DNA of 64,000 nt from contig CM035362.1 in NCBI GenBank assembly GCA_020137815.1, positions 3,968,001-4,032,000 on the forward strand. Reading direction: 5' to 3'. This stretch comes from Hormiphora californensis. Its lineage: Eukaryota > Animalia > Ctenophora. Positions 13,701 through 22,700 of this stretch are shown piece after piece. Position 1 is the first letter of the stretch. Every line of letters starts with the position of its first letter. The notes under the pieces are model-generated. The model did no database searches. It was not told the origin of the DNA and saw nothing but the letters and a program-made list of their open reading frames with translations. The position numbers and the translations under genes are program-made.

Positions 13701-16700
13701 ACGCACTCAGTTGCACGTGTAGCATGATTAACGCCATAAAATTCCTCTTTCCAGTTCGTACCACATCAGTTCAATGCTATCCACCTTGGTATTTGTCATC
13801 TACATGTTTCGTCTTATGGCCTACTTCCGCATCCACCCATTGATTGGTCCTAAAATCTTCACTCTTCAACGGATGACTATAGACCTAGTGTTCTTCCTCT
13901 TCTTACTCATGGTAATTAAACTAATTAGCTAATTAATCAATTACCCACCTCCCGCAGGACGTACCACGCCAACAGGCTGCTCTCCGCTATGTGTTTTAGT
14001 TTCTACTGCTTTCGGTTCGTCCAGTTATTTGAGATAAATGACCAAATTGGACCTAAAGTGTTTATGCTTAAAAAAATGGCTATTGATCTCTTCTTCTTCC
14101 TCTTCCTCCTTTTGGTAAATTTGAAGCGAGGGATATAGAGACATATATAGGAAGAGATAAGTTGCATATACACTTTTAGCACGCGTTTCATGGCTAGTTT
14201 TTAGCACATATTGGAGCTCCAAGTCCAAAGTCGATGAAAATTTCACAACTTTTTATGCCCTAATAATCCAACACGCCCTTTTAGTAAAATATCTTGAACC
14301 AACCCGTATTTGACTAGCATTTTTTAATCCCATCCCCTCCCCAGGTGTTCACTGTTTCCTACGGTGTTGCATCTCAAGCTCTGCTCTACCCATTCCGTGA
14401 GGACAGTTGGTCTGGGGCAGCTTTTGAACTTCTCGGCAGGTCATACCTTAATGTGTTCGGGGAGATTGATATGGACGGGTTCGAGGATGATCTTAAATCA
14501 GGTAGGATAATTATATGATGGGTTGATTAATTTGTTAATTTGTTAATTGGGCGAATTATCCTACTGATAAGATTCTAACCAACCTTTCGAGTTTTTTTAT
14601 AACAGGTGCATATTGACATACCACTCATTCCCTATAATACCAAATAGTTATTCGACTAATTATTATCTACTAATCATTCAACTAATCATTCAACTAATTA
14701 TTTAATTAGGCCATTGCGAGTTCAACGACACCAGTACCTTTCTCCACACCAACTTTACCGCGTATTCCAGCGAAATAGCTGATGTTGCCGATCTTGAGTG
14801 CACTAAGGATAATTTGCTTGAATACACCACGGTTAATATAATTCGCAGTAATTAGCAATAATTAGCAGTTTATAATTAGCAGTTATTTATTAGCAGTAAT
14901 TAGGCAGTTAGCATCACTCACAAAGCAAATTCATATGCAGCTAATGACACCTTCATGTCACCATTACAAATTTGCTATAGAAACAATCCTTGTGCTAGGT
15001 CACTGCGGGACGTATTCTACGTTTCCGTGGACAAATTGGGAGGCTTACAGCCCCGCGGAGATTAACAAGTCTAGTACCTGCACCTTCGATAATTGCAAGG
15101 AATATACAATTGTAAATTAATTAGCCGTTAATTAATTAGCCGTTCTAATTCTAGCCGTTAGACTATGATACTAGTTCCATATGGATCACTGTAAAGCTCT
15201 CTGATGTGTTACTAAAAATACTATAAAACACTCCCCACTCTACTAATTATCTAATTACTCTAATTATAAAGGAAGCAGCACAATACTAATCTATGACACG
15301 TTCTGTAATCTTCTGTCAGAGCAATGGCCTGACCCATTCTCGCTTCTCTCAAATAAGCGCGAGAACTGTGGTCAGAGCATTGGCCTGACAGGTAATCTTC
15401 AGATCATACTACCGCGCTCTTTCCAATAACTTCTTACTCTAACCCTACTTGATAACGAAGTTACCCCTCCCGTGCCAGAGCGCGAAGGGGTTATTTCGTA
15501 ACCAATTACTCTACTTGGTAAAGATTCTAGGAACTATATTATAGCCCACATACCCCTTTCATCTTCTCATGTCCATGAATCTTGTTGAGTCAACAGCATG
15601 AAACCACTATAATAATTGTAATACTGACTTGCTGCAGTATTACAAGACAGTGGGACACCCTGTACTGACTTGCTGCAGTATGGTGGGGGATGGTAGAAGC
15701 CGGCCACTGCCCTCTTCTTGGCCACTACCATGAAAGCTGGTCCATTTTAAGCCTGCACCCATCCCCATGCCTCTATTATTTCCGCCTCCCCATCTCCCTC
15801 TCCCAGCTGCCTATTTTAAGCCCAATATCTCCCTCTCTGACAGGCCCCATCTCCCTCTCCCAGCTGCCTATTTTAAGCCCATGATCTCCCTCTGACAGGC
15901 CACTGTGTAGGCTGGAATACTACCCTCTTATTGCACCCCTCTATGGGAAAAATGGCCTGTACTACGAAAAATCTTATGCACGATACTAAGGTATAAAGTG
16001 GAGTTACATGTGGTGTTACTTGTGGAGTTACATGGGGTGTTACATGTGGTGTTACATGTGCTGTTACATGTTACAATGTTACATGTGGTGTTACATGTTA
16101 CATGTGCCTTGCAAGCTACTGTGTCTATTACGGTGTCTATCACGCACACAAATGTCCTTACCTTCGTGGTAATGACCTCGTGGAAATTACCTCGTGGAAA
16201 TGACCTCGTGGAAATGACCTGATCGTTACGGCTACGCCACGCTGATTGCTGAACACCCTCGCCTATAGTTTGGTCCGTGAGGTTCAGTTTACTTCATGCT
16301 ACACGTGCAACCTGCTATGCTATCAATGTGCCTGTATGTGTTACATGTGATATGAAATTGATGCTGGATGGTTTATTTTGCAATGTGTAGTCCATAACAT
16401 TATGTATAGTCAGACCCCCGATTTACCAGGCAGAACCCTTTCCCCCGAGCATCCCGGTTAATCAGGGTCCGACTGTACTTGTATAGCCTTTCTCAGCCTT
16501 TCTCAGCAGCACTTTTTGTAGCCCAAACTCAGGAACCGACCGAATAAGGAAATACTGGTCCCTGATTGGCTGATAACCAGTCACGTGCCCTAAATAACGA
16601 ATTCTGATTGGTTGTTTACTTGTGTCGGTCGGTTCCTATACCCACAACAATTCCTCTAACACACCCTCACTAGGTGGGTCAAGTAAACTTCTACACTGCT

Positions 16701-19700
16701 TTTGGGTTGCTCTGTATGTACCTTCTGTTTGTCAACGTCATGCTTATCAACCTTCTCATCGCTATCTTCTCAAACACCTACGAAAATGTGGAGCAGCAAT
16801 CTGGTAAGAGCTGGAGGTTAACATTATTGAATGTGTAATATTATTGAATGTGTAACATCATATTGTTGTGTAACATCAGCTGCTTATAATAACCTCTCCA
16901 CCCCCGCCAGGTATCATCTACAAGACCCAACGTGCTGAGATGATCCTGGAATTCATGCAAAGACCTCCCCTTCCCAACCCTCTTTCCCTTCTATACTTCT
17001 CATTCCTCGTGTCGCGGAAGATCTATCAGAAATATATCAAGAGGATTAACTATGAGCGGGATCTACAGAAGATGAGTAAGTTAATATGTGCTGAACCATT
17101 AGCCAGGAACCGACCGAATCAGGAAATACTGGTCCCTGATTGGCTGATAACCAGTCACGTGACCTAAATAACGAGTTCTGATTGGTTGTTTACTTGTGTC
17201 GGTCGGATTAGCGAGACCTAGGACTGTGTATAATTAGCTCATTTGGTACTTTCTCCAATCGTTGCAGCTTGGTTCCCACAAACTTACGAAACTACTTTTA
17301 CTCCCTAACAATTCTGCCTCTCCCCAGTATATTTTCTAACAATTCTCCCTCTCTACCCAGTGTCAAATAAAACTACTTTTACCCCCTCATATTATCTAAC
17401 AAATTCTCTGTCCAGTATCAAATATGCCAAGTGGACGGCACAGTTCGATGGCCTACAGAAGTTCTCTGATGGAGGCGGAGTGTAGGGCCCAGTTTATACG
17501 GAAAACTAAGCTAGAGGCAGGAAATCAAACAGTCTCAGCCCTCTCAAGGTATACATATCAGAAATATAACATGGAGAAAATGCATAACGATCATTACAAA
17601 TCCACTAGGTGTATTGCAATAAACCCCACAACAAGAACAATTGTTTTTGCCAAAAATATCACTTTTTCTCACTGTTTTTTATTCACATTATTATTGAGCC
17701 ACGCGGTTATAGAATAACCCCATACTGGTCCCTGATTGGCTGATAACCAGTCACGTGACCTAAATAACGAGTTCTGATTGGCTTATAGAATAACCCCATT
17801 ACAGCGCTAGAACCGCAATATTGTAAGTGTATCTTCTTCAAAACCTAGTTCTCTACTTAGTCCTTGACCTCTCATTCTATCGTGTGACTTAATAAATCAC
17901 AGAACGTTGACCTGTATACTGTATAATTCTACACAATATACTATACTATATTCTATACTATATTCTATACAATATACTATACCCTTCGAGGGATACTATA
18001 CCCTTCGAGGGATATCGCTACACTATCATACATGATATGACAGTGGTTACTTTTACTGTTTGAATACTCATTAAATAAAATGACCCTTTACTAAGCCGCC
18101 CTACAAGTCACTATAACAGCCTTTTTCTAATCCTCCACTCCCCCATCCACACCACCCCTCCACATGTGGACCCCCTCCACATATGACACCTCTCCCTCCA
18201 TGCCTTGTCCATGACACATCTGACAGCACACTATTTTTTTACAGCAATGAGAACAACTTTGAGCCTACGTAAGTGCGAGCTGTAAACGCTGTGTGTATGC
18301 TGCACGTGTAAAGCAGGAACCGACCGAATCAAGAAATACTGGTCCCTGATTGGCTGATAACCAGTCACGTGACCTAAATAACGAGTTATGATTGGTTGTT
18401 TACTTGTGTCGGTCGGTTCCTGGTGTAAAGAAGCATATAAATCATCAACTAATTATATATGCAGCTAATTAATAACTGTATATCCTGCTAATTATATCCT
18501 GCTAATTATATCCTGCTAATTAAGTTCATTAAATTGGAAATTCTTAACTTGATTTATACTGTGTGACATATATACTCATAAAAAAGCACTATATTCTTAC
18601 GCAATAGCTGTTGACTTTGCAAGATAGAATATGCTTCATAACTACACCATTACATAACCCATCCTCCCTACCCAGACAATACCACGACCTATCGAACCGT
18701 ATAATGAGGCTGGAGAGTCAGCTTGTAAGCACGGGAGATAAGATATCGGAGATACATGAAGTGGTAGCCCAGAGGGCACGGATCAAAATAAAGGTAACCC
18801 ACGTGGGAGAGGGGTGTCGGTATGAGGTACCTCGATTTACGGGGCAAATCCCTTTTTATTTCACTGATCAGCATCCCGGTAAATTATTATAATATAGGGA
18901 GGTGTTGCAATTAGCAATTCAATGCTGGGTTACCATGTTTTGGCATGAGGCTCAAATAACAAAGGGTAGTATTGCCTCACTAGAGTCACATGATATAGCG
19001 GTGTTTCCAGTTTCGTGCAAGTTTCAATGGACCATTTAATTAAAGTAAATCACTCAATTATAGTTGCTGTCAACAAATAATAAGCTACAAAAAGACTGTA
19101 TACAAATCTGTAGATGCAACTTACATAGACCAATTGAGTGTTTACTAGGGTACAGACAGACACTGTGGGTTGGGTTTTACTTGCTATACTTTCTGTTAAC
19201 TGCTAAACTTTAACTGTGATCTTCCTTCATAAATCAGAAAATAGCTCGTACTATACCGTTAGCCCTTTTTTAGTTCGTACAAACAATGAAACATAAACTA
19301 GTAAAGAACATGATGAATATCAATGATATATGACTTGTTTGATTGAAAACGAGCTGTATCTTCTATGAAGAATCCATGCAGCTCACGTATTCAATAAAAC
19401 AAGTTTCCCGTTTCTCTCAGCACCCCTCGGGCGACAACGACCACTCTGACAGACATCCACCAAACGCGGCTCAGGTTTTCCAAAATCTCCTTAAAAAAGT
19501 CAAGAGACGCCGCGAGACAAGCGAGGGCGCCGAGTCCCTGGGCGAGTCGCTGGGCGAGGTTGAATCTACCGAGGTAGAGCTGAGTGAGAATTGAGAAAGG
19601 CACGTGCTGACCATTAGATCAGTGGACCGTCTAGTGAATGTGCGTGTGGACCGTGTGTGGAAGTTTGCACGTGCTGACGAGATAACACATTGGAGTATAT

Positions 19701-22700
19701 GCACGAGATATTATGAATACTCTGACACCCCCTGATTTTAAACAGAGCATGTTTTCTGCTGAGTGACACTGCATTGATCTGCCACACTGTCCCACACTGT
19801 CCCACATAGTCGCTGCTCGAGGGACAGTGTAGACAGTCAATGACATTATTATATTGACATTATTCAAATAAAATTAGTTTCGGAGCTGGGATACTGATAT
19901 GTTATTTTATGACTGGGTTATAATTGCTCTGATCACCACTGCACTGCTGTTTCCATATTTTTTCTGCTGTTGACTGTTGACCATATATGGACATATGACG
20001 TCATCATGATTTCTGCTGAAACTCCCCCTCCCCCTCCCCCTCTGACCCCTTCCCTCACAACCCCCCTCCCCTTCCAGCCATCTATAGATCAGTGGAAGGG
20101 TATAATCTCCCACACCCTCTCTCTAACATCACCCTATCCTGGTACGGAGGTGGAACGGTTCCCGCTAACTAAGGAACAAGCCAACTGGAAGGTATGTTAT
20201 GATATGTGATATGTGATATGTGATATGTGATATGTGATATGTGATATGTGATACGTGATCTTGTGTGTGATATGTGATCTTGTGTGTGATATGATCTTGT
20301 ATGTGATGTGTGATCTTGTATGTGATATGTGATCTTGTGTGTGATATGTGATCTTGTGTGTGATATGTGATCTTGTGTGTGATATGTGATATTGTGTGTG
20401 ATATGTGATCTTGTGTGTGATATTTCTGTGTGACTAGAAATAATTTGGCTCTTAAACTAAAAATCCATCACATTTCCTCAAATATTCTATAGTTTTTGGG
20501 GATATCTGAAAATCTCCTTGCCCTATAGATTCCAAAAATTATTCTTGCTTTTATCTAACAGCCCATATTAGGTCATTTAATCCCACGCTCCTTATTAGGT
20601 TATTTTATCCCAACTTCTATTCCTTATTAGGTAAAGGTAGATAACTACACTCCCCCTACCTTTGATAATAAAAGTATTCCCCACTTGGACCCCATCAATC
20701 CGTAAGTAACTAAATGCAGTTCAATATTCTATCTGTTTGAAACAGTATTCTATCTGAGAGCTAACTGGAATGAAAAGTGAAACTGAAAGCTAAACTAATC
20801 GCGGCATAGTAAACCTGACGACAGCTCTGACTAGCATCATGACTAATTATAATACTGATTGACTATAACATACTAGACTACAGTATAGTACTGACTAATT
20901 AACTGACCAATTAACTGACCAATTAACTGACTAATTAACTGACTAATTAACTGACTAATTAACTGACCAATTGACTGACCAATTGACTGACTAATTAACT
21001 GACTAATTAACTGACTAATTACCGGACTAATTACCGGACTAATTAATTGACTAATTACCTGATCAATTAATGACTAATTAACTGACTAATTAACTGACTA
21101 ACTAACTGACTCGCAGGGAGGTATATCTCATGAAGATTCCAGCGCCCAAACGAGATCACACCTGCCATTCACCGAGTCCCGACACAACGACAGACACTAC
21201 TGAAGACAAACCGACAGATCAGACTGGTACAGAGGGGACTACTGCAGATCAGACTACAGCAGAGGGGACTACTGCTGTAGAGGGATCGGGGGCAACTAGG
21301 GATTACATGATCGTCAATGATATCTGTCTGGTCAATGTGTTTAGAGATGACACTGAAGAAGACATGTACGAACAAACAACCACATGATAACCACATAGCA
21401 ACCACATAACAACCACATAACAACCACATAACAACCACATAACAACCACATAACAACCACATAACAACCACATAACAACCACATAACGACCACATAACAA
21501 CCACATAACGACCACACGGGTCATGGACATATTACATAATTACCCAATTAGTGTAATTACTACTAAATGACTATACCTAACACACGGTGTGTTCTAAACC
21601 AGTTTACACGCTCTCTTTTCCAGGGCCGAAATAAAGTTCAACCATGTCGACAATAATGGAGTTGACAGGATCAGTTACATGGGTCGGTACAATGTGTCAT
21701 CTTCTGGCAATTACCCAAGGTAATTAATTAGTATAATTAACTCTAATTAATTAGTAACAGATAGTAAATAACTAATTAGCGGATCAGTTATATTAGTTTT
21801 GAATCACTTCATTGCGTCCCTTAATATAAACAACATATTATAGTCACCTGATCATATGAGCCAGGAATTTAATATACTGACTCCACACTAGGAACCCGAA
21901 AGGAAGGACGGGGCTAGAGGGACGAGGCAACCTACCCCGATGGGGACCCAACAAGATGTCAATTATCATCGTTAGCAGGTAATGGTTTGAGAACTTTATA
22001 ATTTCCAAAAATATATCTCAAATTGAACCAGTATTCTCCTATAATATGCTTCGTATTTATTGTCTCTTTATCTTTTATTTCCCTCAAAATACTCCCTATA
22101 AATACATAAGATTTAGTTAGTTAATATAATTAATTTAATTAACTAACTAATTAATCAGGTATAAAGTTTAGTTAACTAATTAATTAACTAACTATAAAGT
22201 TTAATTAACTAATTAACTAATCAGGTATAAGGAGGTTACAACCCATACCGACCCACAACATGGGCACAGTATGATTGTCAATAAACAGGGTAAACCAGTG
22301 GCAGAGGTGCTCCTGTTGAGGATGGAGGGTTCCGAGAACTATGTCTTCCCTCAGGTGAGAGAGAGAACTATGTCTTCCCTCAGGTGAGAGAGTAATATCT
22401 ACAATGGATATAGTGTCTATAATTAATAAGGTAATATGGTAGTTCTGGGCTGAACTTTTTCGACCGCTTTAAAGCGCTTTAAAGCGTTTGAGAAAGCGCT
22501 TTATAGCGCTATAAAGCGCTTTAAAGCGGTACCGCTTTAAAGCGCACCGCTTTAAAGCGCTTTTAAAGCGCTAAAAGCGCTTTAAAGCGATTCTTGTAGC
22601 GATTTAAAGCGCTTCCGAAAGCGCTATAAAGCGCTTTCGCAAGCGCTTTAAAGCGCTACCGCTATAAAGCGCTTTTTTTGTTCAAAATCCAAAAATAAAG

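Noticed and set aside
15319-15391. AG...GT-bounded open segment within the turret cluster
   Set aside because: No similarity to C1-C3 and the acceptor context is weak; it looks like a short local repeat
15690-15884. ORF containing GHCPLLGHYH as a possible fourth turret exon
   Set aside because: No AG acceptor directly before GHC, no CTxxN motif and no matching phase-0 donor
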